A stretch of 63,076 bases of DNA, filler included. It is 5 parts of 5 records of this genome, joined end to end, with 100 filler letters (N's around TTAATTAATTAA, not from the genome) between each part and the next. Parts side by side here need not be neighbours in the genome. Positions count along the whole stretch, not along the records: positions 27,621 to 37,856 come from DRR723986_7011; positions 37,957 to 57,319 come from DRR723986_7013; 3 more parts are not named here. One strand, written 5' to 3'. Position 1 is the stretch's first letter, and each line of letters starts with the position of its first letter. Position numbers and translations under genes: made by a program. This document shows, piece after piece, positions 30,801-40,846 of this stretch. The notes under the pieces were generated by a model. The model did not search any database and was not told where the DNA came from. It saw nothing but the letters and a program-made list of their open reading frames with translations.

Positions 30801-33800
30801 ATCTATTTGAGTGCTCGCACTCGTCGGAGTTCGAACTGTCAGGTTCGCATCTGCGAGAAGTGATTGATTATTGGAAGTTGCCGTTAGTTGTAATTCAGAG
30901 AATGTATTGTCGATGTCATTCAAATCGACCCACAGGCTCCCGTCTTCATCCTCAAGTAAGTTCAAAACAGTGTTGCCCGTGCTGATCGTTGGGGGATCGT
31001 TTACGGGATTAACAGTCAGGTTAAATGTTGTTGATCGCGTGAACTCGCCGTCGCTAACAAAAAGGGTAATGTCTGTGCTACCATTTGCATTGGCAATTGG
31101 ATTGAATTGTACCGGTGTCACAGCTCCCGCTGTTGTAGGAACTGCTATACCGCCGTTGGTTACAACAGCCTGATTGCTGGAGGTAACACTAAGCGATAGA
31201 GCCGTCAGATCGGTGTCAATGTCGCCAATTTGTACCCAGCTTGTCAATGGCGTATCCTCGTCAGTGATCACAGCCCTGTTGTTTGTTGCGACGGTCGGAG
31301 GATCGTTAATCGCCTGTACCGTTAGGCTCACAGTCGTTGAACTGCTCAGATTTCCGTCGCTAACGCTGAATGTCAGATCAACAGTTCCACTTTGATCTGC
31401 AACTGGCGTGACCAGGAATTTGGTCGTCGCCGCCGTCGCACCTTGCTGGACAATCGATGCAATTGTGACGCCGTCCGCGTCCGGGGGAGTGACTGTTAAT
31501 CCACTGATTCCAGGGCTGATGTCAAACAGACTAAAACAAAGCGTCGTTGAGTTGTCTTCCGTTGTCGTCAACGTTGTATTACTCGTTGAGATCAGCGGTT
31601 GATCGTTGAGAATGCTGATTGTCGTTGATGTTGAACCGGCACCGGTTATCAGATTCAACGTCACGGTACCGACAGTCGAAACCAGTCCCGCCGGAATTTC
31701 AAAACTCGCGCTCGTCAAACTAGCGCCTGTAACGGGGAAGTGTTTAACACCGTTCGGCGTCCCGTTCGGATCCAAGGTGCTGATAGATGCGCCCGTAACG
31801 TAGAATTCCGTACCCGTTGCCGTAACAGCCAACGACGTCGTTTGTGCAATCACACTGGTCGGTGTAATTGTACTGATCGCAGGCGTTTGGAGGTTAAGCA
31901 TCAATAGGTTACCGCCGCTACGTGCCATGATCAGGTCTATATTGCCGTCATTATCGAAGTCCCCAGACGTAAGAGCGTTTGAAGCACTGTTTTCAAGTTC
32001 TCGAACTACAAAAGTTCCATCACCTTTGTTAACCAGCAGGAGATCCTTTCCACTTGCAGTAGATAAAACGACATCAATGTCGCCATCGGCATCGACGTCC
32101 GCCATTTCCAGATCATTGGCAGAGCGCGGTAGGATTACAGGGGAACTGTTAAAACCGCCGACGCTTCTTCCAAGCCATACTAGGGCGGCGGGATCCGCGG
32201 CGGGGTCCTGCATGTCACCGCTGCTCGTGCTGAGAATGACCAGATCCATTAAGCCGTCGGCATTCAGATCGGCCGTCTCTACGTCCGTGCCCTCACCTTC
32301 CCGTGTAAAAATGTCGAAGAAGGTTCCATCGCCTCTGTTTATGCTGATCCGTGACGTTCCATTCCTGCGCAAACGGAAGACATCAATGCCTCCATCGCGA
32401 TTAAAGTCTCCACTGACGATGGCAGTTTGTTTAGCCCTCCTCGTCATGTAGCTGGTCACAAAACCGCCATCGCGTTCCTGCAACAGAATTCGTGTTGAGT
32501 CGCTGTGCATACTGAGGATATCCAGATCACCATCGCCGTCAAAGTCGCGCACAGTAGCATCAACGCCACGTCCGAAGTTTCCACCAACACCAATCTGCAT
32601 GAAGCTGCCGTTGCCCTGATTGTACAGGATTTCTACTGCGGGAAGTGTACCGCTTGTATTTGGTACAAGCACGACATCCAGTAAACCATCGGCATTGATG
32701 TCGTGCATTTGTGAAGATTGGTGTGGGCTTGCCGGAGTTGTTGTCAAGTTGAAGCTACCATCGCCATTGCCCCACCAGATTTCTGCATTCGTGGACGAAC
32801 TTTCAGAACTACCTAAGAACACATCCGGGTTGCCATCATTGTTTAAGTCGCCGGTGCTTGCCGTATTTGAAGTTGTGTTGCCGAACTCAGTGGGGTAAAA
32901 CGCACCAGAACCATTAAGTGCGGCGACCCGATATTCTGTATTGATTGAGCGATTCAGCTTGCCATTACGGCTGCTTTGCAATCCCTGAACAGTTAGAAAT
33001 ACTCTTTCACCAGGGAAGAGGTCCTCCGCGGGATCAATTGTAATCGTGCTGCCTGTTATAGAATAGTTCACCGTTGCACGCGTAGCAAAGTTTGCACTTT
33101 GCGAACCAAGCAGAGTCAGATTACGTGCCTTGCGATGATCCGTGATTTGCAAAGTGGTTGTTCTGACCTCTTCTGCAAAACTCAGTGTGAAATTCGTGCT
33201 TGGCGCAATTGCCATTGCATGTGTTGCAGGACTGTATGCAACGATTGTAGGAGTTGGATCGATGTTTAACCACAACTGTGGCGCACCATCGTTATCCAGG
33301 GCAATAGCGTCAAGGTCGCCATCATTGTCAAAATCGGCGAGATGAATATCTCCGTCGGCAGGGTTGTCGAAGTTGTTAATAACAAAGGTTCCATCGCCAT
33401 TGTTAATCCAAATTTCATCGTCATCCGCGTCGCTGTTTGTGACAATGACATCGAGGTCGTTATCGCCATCAAGGTCGCCGATTACGACACCGCCACTGGA
33501 GCCGCCACCAAGGAAACGGCGCGTAAATCCGCCTCCGTCGCCGGGATTGTCCCAAATATTCTGCGCGCCATCGCCATCATAAGCCAGGATGGCATCGAGA
33601 TCTCCATCTCCATCAAGGTCTCCAAAGTCTACATCTGAGGCGCGAGTAGTTCCCGGTAGTGGGCCTCCAAATAAGCGGCCATCGCCATTGCCCCTCTCGT
33701 AAATCTGGTACGTGTCGTGATTGAGGCTGACGCTGTAGACCGCATCCATTATATTGTCACCGCTAAAATCAGCGACGACGACTCCTGTGGCTGGGCGGTC

Positions 33801-36800
33801 TGTTAAGTCTGAGAAAAGTGTGAAAGAGCCCGTACCGTCGTTAATCCAGCGTGACTGGCGTTGATCGTTTTGAGCAACAACCGCGTCAAGGTCGCCGTCG
33901 CTGTCTAAATCTCCAAACGCCACACCGCGGGAGTCACCGTCGCCGAGCGTACTTCTGGTAAACGTTCCATCGCCATTGTTTAACAATATTTCGTCAGCAC
34001 CTTCACCGACGACTATGAGGTCGAGGTCTCCATCATTGTCGATGTCACCGGCTGCCGGATATTTGTCCGTACCAATTCCAAGGTTGTTTGTCGAGAATGT
34101 TCCATCGCCATTACCTGTTAACAAGGTATGACCACTCTCGTCGGCAAGAAAAATGTCGATGTTGCCATCGCCGTCAAAGTCTGCGGCAACAACACCATCG
34201 CTATTAGTGCCAACGGTTGAAGTTGTAAATGTTGCTGAACCAGATACTGCTCCTGCGCGGAACGACACAACCGCCGAAGTGGCGTTTATCTCACCTTCGA
34301 TTCCGAGAGAACCTTTGGTGACGGTCATCATGACACGTTCACCTGCAAAGAAGGGCTCATCTGGGTTTACGGTGACACGGCCATTAAAGTCATTGAGTTC
34401 TACCGTTGCCGCAGTCGTTCCCGTCATCGAAGTGCTGAGGAAAATTGTCTGGTTCAGGCCGTCAAAGCCAGTGTCGACCATGCGCTCGCTGAAGACAACT
34501 GCGAGATCAGCGCTGCGTTTTCCAGAACCGCCATTACCGGGAATCGTGCGTTTAATTCTGGGAGTTCCACCCTGCAACAGGAGAGTGTTACCCATAGTGT
34601 GACGGCGGTTGGCGATGACAACGTCAAGGTCACCGTCACCGTCCATATCACCAACTGCAGTACCTTCTGAAAGGTGATTGAAGTAGAACTTGCTGTCAGT
34701 GGTAAATGTGCCGTCACCATTGTTGTAGAGGAAGTCATGATCCTCGCCACCTACTATAACCTGATCCATGTTCCCGTCGGCGTCGAAGTCACCCTGGGCA
34801 GAACCATTCCGGCCGAAGTAGAGTTCATTAACAGCATCACCGTTGAGATCAGCTAAGTAGGCATAAGTTGAGTAGTCATCCGGACGGCCAAAACCTCTTT
34901 GCTCGAACGTTCCGTCACCTTGATTGACATAACGATAGTTGTCCATCAGGCGCGTAGCAGCTATAATGTCCATGTCACCGTCATTGTCAAGATCTCCGAC
35001 TGAGAGATTCGTGACGCGTGTTGAACTGCCTAATGGAGTTTCGTCAAATGTTCCATCGCCATTGTTGTAGTACAGCTCGTCCTGGTCCAGATTTTCACCA
35101 CCGACGATGATATCTATTAGGCCGTCACCATTAATGTCTCCGACTGCCACACTGGAAGTCTCTCCATTGGAAATTCCGATCAATTCTTCGACGAAAGTAG
35201 CATCGCCATTGTTCCAGTAGATGGCGTTCTTTGTGCCAAAACGGGCGAGAACGACGTCAAGGTCGCCGTCATTGTCCAGGTCGGCAACTGCAGTGCCCGA
35301 GCCATTGTTTTGGCCAAAAGTGCTTTCCGTGAAGTCAGCATCACCATCGTTAATCCACATTGTGATTACCGACTGGTCTTCCGTAAACAGCACGTCGAGA
35401 TCGTCATCACCGTCGAGATCGCCAAGCGTCACATCTTCATGCTGGGCAACCGCACCAAACGTGCCCGATGAAAACACTTCGGAGCCAAAGTATGGCGCCC
35501 GATGGAATTGCCAGGAAATCGACTTTGGCATTAAGCCATTGTTGTTTTCCGCGCGGACATTCTTGACCGTTGCAGTGATTTTTTCGCCGGGCATGAATGC
35601 GCGACTCGGCGTAACCGTCGCCATCGTGCCATTGGCATCCATAACAATTGTTGCGCTGTCGTCGAATCCGGTCTGTGAACCCCAGATAGTGATCTTGGCA
35701 CTGGCAGCCGCGCTTCCCGTCGTAAATGTGCCCGACTTAATTTCGCGGTCGAACAATACCGTGATGTCATCGCCATCAGCGTAGACACTTGAGTTCGTGG
35801 AGGGTGAAACCGAGACAATCCGTGGACCAGCCAGGTTAATGTTTGTGAATATCTGATTGGCCAGACCATTGTCCATTGCAATCAGGAAGTCCAGGTCATT
35901 ATCCGCGTCCAGATCGGCGACTGCGCCTGCAACACTGCTAAGATTCGCATCGCCAAACGTGCTGCTGGTAAATGTACCGTCACCGTTGTTTAACTTGAGG
36001 ATCTCAACTTCGTCGTCACGGATAATAATTTGGTCAAGGTAGTCATCAGTGTTAAAGTCGCCAATGAGAAGATCGTTGCCACCCACAGGCGCAAAAACTG
36101 TTTCAGGAGTGCCGTCATTATCAAAGTCGGCAATCGTTGCGCCAAAGGGTTCACCCGGCAAGGTACTTTCAACAAAAAGTCCGCCGTTGTGAATGTCATT
36201 GGTCAGAAGGCGATTGCTGCCGCCACTGACACCGACCAAAATGTCAAGTGCGCCGTCACCGTCCACGTCGCCGATTGCGAGCGACTCTGAGTTAAAATTG
36301 CCAAAAGTGCTGGTCGTAAACGTCGCGTTGCCATTGTTAAACAGAATTCGGTCAGCTTCGCCATCAGTGTTGGCTTCGTAGATGTCCAGATCACCATCGC
36401 CGTCCAGGTCCCCAAGGACCACGTCGGTGCTTTTTGTTATTCCGGCGATTGTCGGAAATGAAAAGTTACCATTGTAGTTACGGTAGAATTGCGCTTCCGT
36501 GTCGTAGTTAACAACGATGACATCCATATCACCATCGCCATCTAAATCCCCGGCGGCGGCGGCACGTGAATCTCCGTTGCCGCGCGTAGATTCCGTGAAG
36601 TTGCCACGACCGTCGTTTTTCCAGATCGTGTTGGCCGCACCGCCCTTATTGGCAAAAAATGCATCCATATCGCCGTCTTCGTCGAAATCCGCAATTGTCA
36701 CACTTGCGCTGCTGGTGCCAGCGCTGAGAGTTGCAGATGTGAAAACTGCAGTACCATCACCCGTTTTTGTACGGAATTGGAAAACTTCTGGACGAGCGAT

Positions 36801-37361
36801 TGGAACGCCGCCGGGGTTCGTTTCCGCACCGTCGATCGACAAAGTTAAAACTTCACCTGCCAGAAAGTTAACATCTGGGTTGATTATGAAGCTGGATTTA
36901 CCGCCGATAAACCAATAACTAACATTCGCATGTGTGGAGATGTAACCGCGCAGTGAACTGTAAAGGTTGACGTTGGCCACATTTGGGTCTTCATCAACTT
37001 GCATTGTGTTGGCGTCCATGAGCGTTGAGAATGTCACTTCCACGTTTGCATTCTGGTTGGCCGGACTGGTTGGGGTTATGCTGACGATAGTTGGTTGTGC
37101 CAGAGCCATTGGACCGTTAAACAGCGAACCACCAAGGACGGCAGCAGACCATGCCGCGGCTGTCAATAGAGCTTTTGGGTTCCAACGCTTAAACAATTGT
37201 AGCAACCGTTCTATGCGTCGTTGAAGCATTGAGCGTTTTTTGTTTACCCGTACCGGGAGTTTGGAAGCGGATGACTGTTCATGAATTCGTTGTAATCGCC
37301 TGACACACTTCTTGTAGGTGCGCCAGACCGTGAAGATCGGATTAGCTGCCTGGAATTGCAT
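27840..37361 (-). CDS. Giant secreted FG-GAP/VCBS-repeat protein (~3170 aa), paralog of 6488-12436: 4x[Ig-like + FG-GAP propeller], 5 cadherin-like repeats, Ig domains, lactonase-like propeller, T9SS-type CTD
   Basis: Same domain order as 6488-12436; C-terminal IAPNPV...IVDATGR...LPSGQYML; ATG 37361 puts the N-terminal motif in exact register with the paralog; cleavage ALA|Q. Confidence 0.9.
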   Translation of the reverse strand: MQFQAANPIFTVWRTYKKCVRRLQRIHEQSSASKLPVRVNKKRSMLQRRIERLLQLFKRWNPKALLTAAAWSAAVLGGSLFNGPMALAQPTIVSITPTSPANQNANVEVTFSTLMDANTMQVDEDPNVANVNLYSSLRGYISTHANVSYWFIGGKSSFIINPDVNFLAGEVLTLSIDGAETNPGGVPIARPEVFQFRTKTGDGTAVFTSATLSAGTSSASVTIADFDEDGDMDAFFANKGGAANTIWKNDGRGNFTESTRGNGDSRAAAAGDLDGDGDMDVIVVNYDTEAQFYRNYNGNFSFPTIAGITKSTDVVLGDLDGDGDLDIYEANTDGEADRILFNNGNATFTTSTFGNFNSESLAIGDVDGDGALDILVGVSGGSNRLLTNDIHNGGLFVESTLPGEPFGATIADFDNDGTPETVFAPVGGNDLLIGDFNTDDYLDQIIIRDDEVEILKLNNGDGTFTSSTFGDANLSSVAGAVADLDADNDLDFLIAMDNGLANQIFTNINLAGPRIVSVSPSTNSSVYADGDDITVLFDREIKSGTFTTGSAAASAKITIWGSQTGFDDSATIVMDANGTMATVTPSRAFMPGEKITATVKNVRAENNNGLMPKSISWQFHRAPYFGSEVFSSGTFGAVAQHEDVTLGDLDGDDDLDVLFTEDQSVITMWINDGDADFTESTFGQNNGSGTAVADLDNDGDLDVVLARFGTKNAIYWNNGDATFVEELIGISNGETSSVAVGDINGDGLIDIIVGGENLDQDELYYNNGDGTFDETPLGSSTRVTNLSVGDLDNDGDMDIIAATRLMDNYRYVNQGDGTFEQRGFGRPDDYSTYAYLADLNGDAVNELYFGRNGSAQGDFDADGNMDQVIVGGEDHDFLYNNGDGTFTTDSKFYFNHLSEGTAVGDMDGDGDLDVVIANRRHTMGNTLLLQGGTPRIKRTIPGNGGSGKRSADLAVVFSERMVDTGFDGLNQTIFLSTSMTGTTAATVELNDFNGRVTVNPDEPFFAGERVMMTVTKGSLGIEGEINATSAVVSFRAGAVSGSATFTTSTVGTNSDGVVAADFDGDGNIDIFLADESGHTLLTGNGDGTFSTNNLGIGTDKYPAAGDIDNDGDLDLIVVGEGADEILLNNGDGTFTRSTLGDGDSRGVAFGDLDSDGDLDAVVAQNDQRQSRWINDGTGSFTLFSDLTDRPATGVVVADFSGDNIMDAVYSVSLNHDTYQIYERGNGDGRLFGGPLPGTTRASDVDFGDLDGDGDLDAILAYDGDGAQNIWDNPGDGGGFTRRFLGGGSSGGVVIGDLDGDNDLDVIVTNSDADDDEIWINNGDGTFVINNFDNPADGDIHLADFDNDGDLDAIALDNDGAPQLWLNIDPTPTIVAYSPATHAMAIAPSTNFTLSFAEEVRTTTLQITDHRKARNLTLLGSQSANFATRATVNYSITGSTITIDPAEDLFPGERVFLTVQGLQSSRNGKLNRSINTEYRVAALNGSGAFYPTEFGNTTSNTASTGDLNNDGNPDVFLGSSESSSTNAEIWWGNGDGSFNLTTTPASPHQSSQMHDINADGLLDVVLVPNTSGTLPAVEILYNQGNGSFMQIGVGGNFGRGVDATVRDFDGDGDLDILSMHSDSTRILLQERDGGFVTSYMTRRAKQTAIVSGDFNRDGGIDVFRLRRNGTSRISINRGDGTFFDIFTREGEGTDVETADLNADGLMDLVILSTSSGDMQDPAADPAALVWLGRSVGGFNSSPVILPRSANDLEMADVDADGDIDVVLSTASGKDLLLVNKGDGTFVVRELENSASNALTSGDFDNDGNIDLIMARSGGNLLMLNLQTPAISTITPTSVIAQTTSLAVTATGTEFYVTGASISTLDPNGTPNGVKHFPVTGASLTSASFEIPAGLVSTVGTVTLNLITGAGSTSTTISILNDQPLISTSNTTLTTTEDNSTTLCFSLFDISPGISGLTVTPPDADGVTIASIVQQGATAATTKFLVTPVADQSGTVDLTFSVSDGNLSSSTTVSLTVQAINDPPTVATNNRAVITDEDTPLTSWVQIGDIDTDLTALSLSVTSSNQAVVTNGGIAVPTTAGAVTPVQFNPIANANGSTDITLFVSDGEFTRSTTFNLTVNPVNDPPTISTGNTVLNLLEDEDGSLWVDLNDIDNTFSELQLTATSNNQSLLADANLTVRTPTSASTQIDFDPSDNANGSALITVTVNDGEFQRTTTFSLNVASVNDVPQISVAAPNYVVDEDASTSVQISVADLDNPLSQVVLTASSDNPSLLPINNINITTPTTASTQIDLTPLANQFGSAVVTISADDGTVPQTTSFTLVVNPVNDAPTITSIGDVTIYENGATTVSFSIADIETSAGNLIVTATSSNQSLFMYGFPEFSATAANMTLLIKGNCNKFGTAAVYVSVFDGITTTQTVFTFTVIDLPVIEVVGDMTPCPGSRTRYSLTPNINVGTHKWSIAGGTIVRGHGTEEIVVEWNSTLINAGYLEVERQFPNSCFSLTHQNLPPLGTIQLVNDFASVSAQTSTTLSVLANDMGTGLTLLTVETPSNGTVAVNNGDVSYTPAAGFSGLEVFNYTAENADGCTATGAIVVAVTAPQMRVNNFYVERLKNRSGTTRGLNSASGVAQTPDGKYLYASGRSDNSIAIFAVNANSGELTYLSRTRDGYSGVDGLKYVMDVTVSPDGRNLYAAGNGENELAVFAIEPNGALTFLEIKKHGADDYGTTIDGLAQPRRVEVSPDGKNVYVASYSSRAICVFERWNADGRLKYIEMQKDGVNGVNGLNYAIDVAISPDGKNVYAAGYGDKAVAMFSRDLNDGALTYLGQMKDGVNGVDGLAGATAVHCSPDGLNVYATGAVDNCVVVFDRTTTGTLVFMAKHKDGQNGVNELDGAGDVKVSPDGRHVWVTAQDDDALTLFQRNADGSLQVLESMVDGVNGVDGLNKPVDLAISPASNYVYSAAYIDDAVAVFYRNIQPVAFSDVSLSTVKNATTNLDVLANDEDEDGHTMTINSKTDGALGTVAITGGGTSLEYAAGSTTGADQFTYTIEDDFGGSSTATVAITVQNPKSALLTVDQGANTQPDSKLTHDLQIAPNPVNTEMRISLSLAEERSLVLTIVDATGRSLTEIHRGPIAGGQSEINWTLSSEFKQYLPSGQYMLMLESIDGAAPIQVAEPFLIVH

Positions 37362-37575
37362 TTGTAGTACCGATAATTGATTAAACAAGTTTTGTATGTT
37401 GTTGTATTTGCGTTGCTGTTGAATTCAAGCTCTCTGACCAGTGGACTATTTGACTCGTTGTTTAAGCGATCAATGCCGCTTTGCCACTTTTGGACAAAGA
37501 GCGGTCAGCTCGGCTTCGCAGGTGTGCCGGCGCTGCGAAGCCGGAAGCATGACCGTCTCGAGTTTTTCGATACTG

Positions 37576-37583
37576 CAAAGTTA
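37576..37583 (-). promoter_or_regulatory. Bacteroidota-type -7 promoter element TAACTTTG(CA)
   Basis: Exact TAnnTTTG match, about 215 nt upstream of the ATG. Confidence 0.6.
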
Positions 37584-37616
37584 GTGTGTGCGGGAGGTCA
37601 GGTCATTTGCACAAGA

Positions 37617-37636
37617 CTACACCAAGGCGCGTGTAA
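37617..37636. promoter_or_regulatory. Candidate operator CTACAC-N8-GTGTAA just upstream of the -7 element
   Basis: Near-perfect inverted repeat (TACAC/GTGTA); tandem CTAC-N4-CTAC at 37692-37703. Confidence 0.4.
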
Positions 37637-37826
37637 GCCGAATTTAAACAGCTTGATCTGGTGATTATTAACCAGCGAGTGTTCGGCGTTACTACCCGGC
37701 TACACCATAATCGATGCAGCTAGCTGTCCAGGATGTTCTGTCAATCGATCAAAAACGCCGAAAATGGGCCAAAATGGGCAGTTTGTCAGTTTGGTTCACC
37801 CAATCTGTGGTTTCGTACGCCGTGCC

Positions 37827-37856
37827 GGTGTATTGGTGTATTGGTGTATTGGTGTA
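37827..37856. repeat. 8-bp tandem repeat (GGTGTATT x3.75) running into the contig end
   Basis: Directly visible; probable cause of the assembly break. Confidence 0.85.
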
Positions 37857-37956
37857 NNNNNNNNNNNNNNNNNNNNNNNNNNNNNNNNNNNNNNNNNNNN
37901 TTAATTAATTAANNNNNNNNNNNNNNNNNNNNNNNNNNNNNNNNNNNNNNNNNNNN
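37857..37956. other. Artificial contig linker
   Basis: N44-TTAATTAATTAA-N44. Confidence 0.98.
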
Positions 37957-38638
37957 GCTCGATTACAGCCAGATCGAATTGCGCATCCTTGCCCACATCG
38001 CCGAAATTGACGCATTGAAACAAGCCTTTGCGGATGGGTTGGACATTCACGCCATGACCGCGTCCGAGATGTTCGACGTGCCGCTGGACGAAATGACATC
38101 CGACATTCGCCGTCAGGCCAAAGCCATCAACTTTGGTGTGATCTATGGCATTTCCGGGTTTGGACTGGCGCGCAACCTGCGCATTCCGCGCAGCGAGGCA
38201 CAGGGCTTCATTGACCGCTACTTCGAACGCTTTCCCGGCATTCGGACCTACATGGATGACACCGTCGCCTTTGCCAAAGAGCACGGATATGTCCAGACGC
38301 TGTTCGGGCGCAAGATTCACACGCCCGAAATGTCCTCAAAAGGGCCACGCGCTGGGTTTGCCAAACGTGCCGCGATCAACGCCCCCATTCAGGGGACCGC
38401 AGCGGATGTGATCCGCCGCGCCATGATCCAGATGCCTGCTGCCATCGCGCATTTACCCGCGCGGATGCTGTTGCAGGTCCACGATGAACTGCTGTTCGAA
38501 GTGCCCGCTGACCATGTGGATGAAACCATTGATGTGGCCCGCCGCGTGATGGAAGGCGCATGCGATCCCGCCGTGAAACTGGACGTCAAACTAACAGTAG
38601 ACGCTGGACAGGGCGCAAACTGGGCCGAGGCGCATTAA
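37957..38638 (+). CDS. polA: DNA polymerase I, C-terminal part (5' truncated)
   Basis: Motifs DYSQIELRILAH, RRQAKAINFGVIYG, NAPIQGTAAD, LQVHDEL. Confidence 0.97.
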
Positions 38639-38660
38639 GCGCCCGGTCCAAAGGTGGGGT

Positions 38661-38882
38661 TCAGGCGGTCAACTTTGCCACGAATTTGCGTGTCGCCGGA
38701 CCCACAACCAGAATAACGACAAAAGCAATCGGCCAGCTAAATGTCCACGCCTCGATCCAGGCCCCTAAAACCTGATCAGAAAACCCCAGGGTTTTGAGGG
38801 TGGCAACACAGGTTACGATGCAAGACATCAGGCCTGAGATCAAAAATGCAAACAAGACTGGCGCAAAACGAGCTGGAAACAT
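38661..38882 (-). CDS. Small membrane protein (DUF2798-like)
   Basis: 73 aa; SGLMS.IV, W..AW..SWPIAF pattern. Confidence 0.75.
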   Translation of the reverse strand: MFPARFAPVLFAFLISGLMSCIVTCVATLKTLGFSDQVLGAWIEAWTFSWPIAFVVILVVGPATRKFVAKLTA

Positions 38883-38954
38883 GGTGGATCATCCCTTCTT
38901 ATCGTCACCACAAGCGACATGAAGAATGTGATGTCCAGTGCATTTACGCACAGG

Positions 38955-39707
38955 TTATCTCATCCAATGCAGGGATTGCACCGTGCGCGGTGTGCTGGGG
39001 TTGTACTCAGCACTAACCCACCCCTGATATCCACACTCGTCCATCGCTGCAAAAAGTGATGGAAAATCAAACGGTCCCGGTGCAGGTTCGCTGCGATCCG
39101 GCGCTGCCCCAATTTGAGCATGAGTGACTAAAGGATGAAACCGCTCCCAGATGTCAGCGGCATCACCATGGATCACCTGTGCGTGATAGCTGTCAAATTG
39201 CAGACCCACATTGGGCCGATCGACCGCCGTCAAAATGTCTGCGGCCAGATCGTAATCGTTCAGGAAATAGTTTGGCTGATCGCCTACGTTCAAAGGTTCG
39301 ATGGTAAATTTCTGGTTTGGGTGCTGATCCGCTGCCCATTGCAAATTTTGCACAAAACTAGCCTGCGCGTCGGGCCCCTGCTCATAGCCAGCCATGATAT
39401 GAATGTGCTCGGGTTTCAGTTGCTCAGCATAACGCATCACCCGTCGAATATCGCGCTGGAACCTGTCTTCGCCCGCTGGAATCGCCGCATACCCCGGCGT
39501 GCCTCCGGTGTAATTTGGGGGCGGCGCATTGATCAGCACCAACTCCAACCCATTGGCCAGCAGGGCGCGACGGGTGTTTTTTGCTGCAATGTCATAGGGG
39601 AACAGAATCTCCACCGCTTCGAACCCCGCATTTGCAGCGGCAGAAAAACGGTCGAGAAAGGGCAGCTCGGCAAATAATAATGAAATATTGGCGGCAAATC
39701 GGGGCAT
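38955..39707 (-). CDS. Hydroxypyruvate isomerase family TIM-barrel protein
   Basis: MPRFAANISLLF.E.PFLDRF.AA..AGF.AVE..FPY; IEPLN; QFD.YH.Q; GWVSAEY.P. Confidence 0.9.
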   Translation of the reverse strand: MPRFAANISLLFAELPFLDRFSAAANAGFEAVEILFPYDIAAKNTRRALLANGLELVLINAPPPNYTGGTPGYAAIPAGEDRFQRDIRRVMRYAEQLKPEHIHIMAGYEQGPDAQASFVQNLQWAADQHPNQKFTIEPLNVGDQPNYFLNDYDLAADILTAVDRPNVGLQFDSYHAQVIHGDAADIWERFHPLVTHAQIGAAPDRSEPAPGPFDFPSLFAAMDECGYQGWVSAEYNPSTPRTVQSLHWMR

Positions 39708-39880
39708 CGGGGCTCTCATTTGTTTCGCTAGAAGGAATAACTTGGAAAGCAGTTCGCCGCCAAGAGACTGAAAACGACACATTGTCGAAAACCGGCCAGA
39801 CTTGGACACGCATTCCGGGTGATTTGGCCCCACAGCATCGATTCTGGTGCGATTCACATACCACATAGAAAGACGTCGGG

Positions 39881-40846
39881 ATGGCCTACAGCCCTGATCC
39901 CGCACAGGCACTTGCGCCCAGCGCAATGTCCGAGCGGCGAACCTTGATTTCCGGAAATGCGCTTGGCACGTCCGCCATGCTGTTCTGGGCCGCCGGTTTC
40001 CCCGCCGCTGAGGTTCTGTTGCAAAACTGGCCGCCGCTGGTTGTGATCGTTGCCCGTTTGGCTTTGGCCATGGCGGTCATGATTCCGCTGTGGGTCTGGC
40101 TCGAAGGCCCTACCAAAGTGCGCAATGCCCCGTGGCGCAAAGCCATGTTTGTGGGCGGGTTCGGCTTTGGGTTTGGAACCTATTTTCTGTTGGTTGCTCA
40201 GGACCTGACGGATCCGGTGACCGTAGCCCTAGTTGCATCCTGCGGCCCCCTTGTTGGTGCCTTGCTCGAGGTCCACGCCCGCACCCGGCGTCTTACCTGG
40301 AGCTTTTGCTTAGGTATCGGCATTTCGATCCTGGGCGGCATTATCGCAACCAATGCGCTGGCCCCTGCCCAATTGGGGTTGGGGGCGGCCTTTGCTGTTG
40401 CTGCAACCGTTCTGTTCACATGGGCCAGCATGGCGACTGTGCGCGAATTCCCGAACCTCGGGAAGGTCGGTCAAACAACCATCACCATGACCGGGGCATT
40501 GGTGATGAACTCTGTTCTTTTGATCGGATCGATTGCGCTGGGTTTTGCTCCATCCGTTGCAACCCTGCCGTTTAACTTTGAGCTGGGCGGAATGCTGGTG
40601 ATTTACGCGGTGATTTCACTGTGCATCAGTCAAGCGATGTATATCGGCTCGATTGGCAAACTGGGCGTTGCCGTGGCGTCGGTCCACATGAACATCGCCC
40701 CATTTTATGTGATGGTGATCATGATGGTCCTAGGCGCCGCCTGGAACTGGTCCCAGGCCGTTGGGGCCGTGATTGTTGCACTGGGCGTGGTGCTGTCCCA
40801 GTACAAACGTTCCTCTAAATCCCGTCCAGCGCCTCTGACGGAATGA
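39881..40846 (+). CDS. DMT/EamA family transporter
   Basis: About 10 TM helices in two repeats; overlaps the convergent gene by 32 bp. Confidence 0.85.
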   Translation: MAYSPDPAQALAPSAMSERRTLISGNALGTSAMLFWAAGFPAAEVLLQNWPPLVVIVARLALAMAVMIPLWVWLEGPTKVRNAPWRKAMFVGGFGFGFGTYFLLVAQDLTDPVTVALVASCGPLVGALLEVHARTRRLTWSFCLGIGISILGGIIATNALAPAQLGLGAAFAVAATVLFTWASMATVREFPNLGKVGQTTITMTGALVMNSVLLIGSIALGFAPSVATLPFNFELGGMLVIYAVISLCISQAMYIGSIGKLGVAVASVHMNIAPFYVMVIMMVLGAAWNWSQAVGAVIVALGVVLSQYKRSSKSRPAPLTE

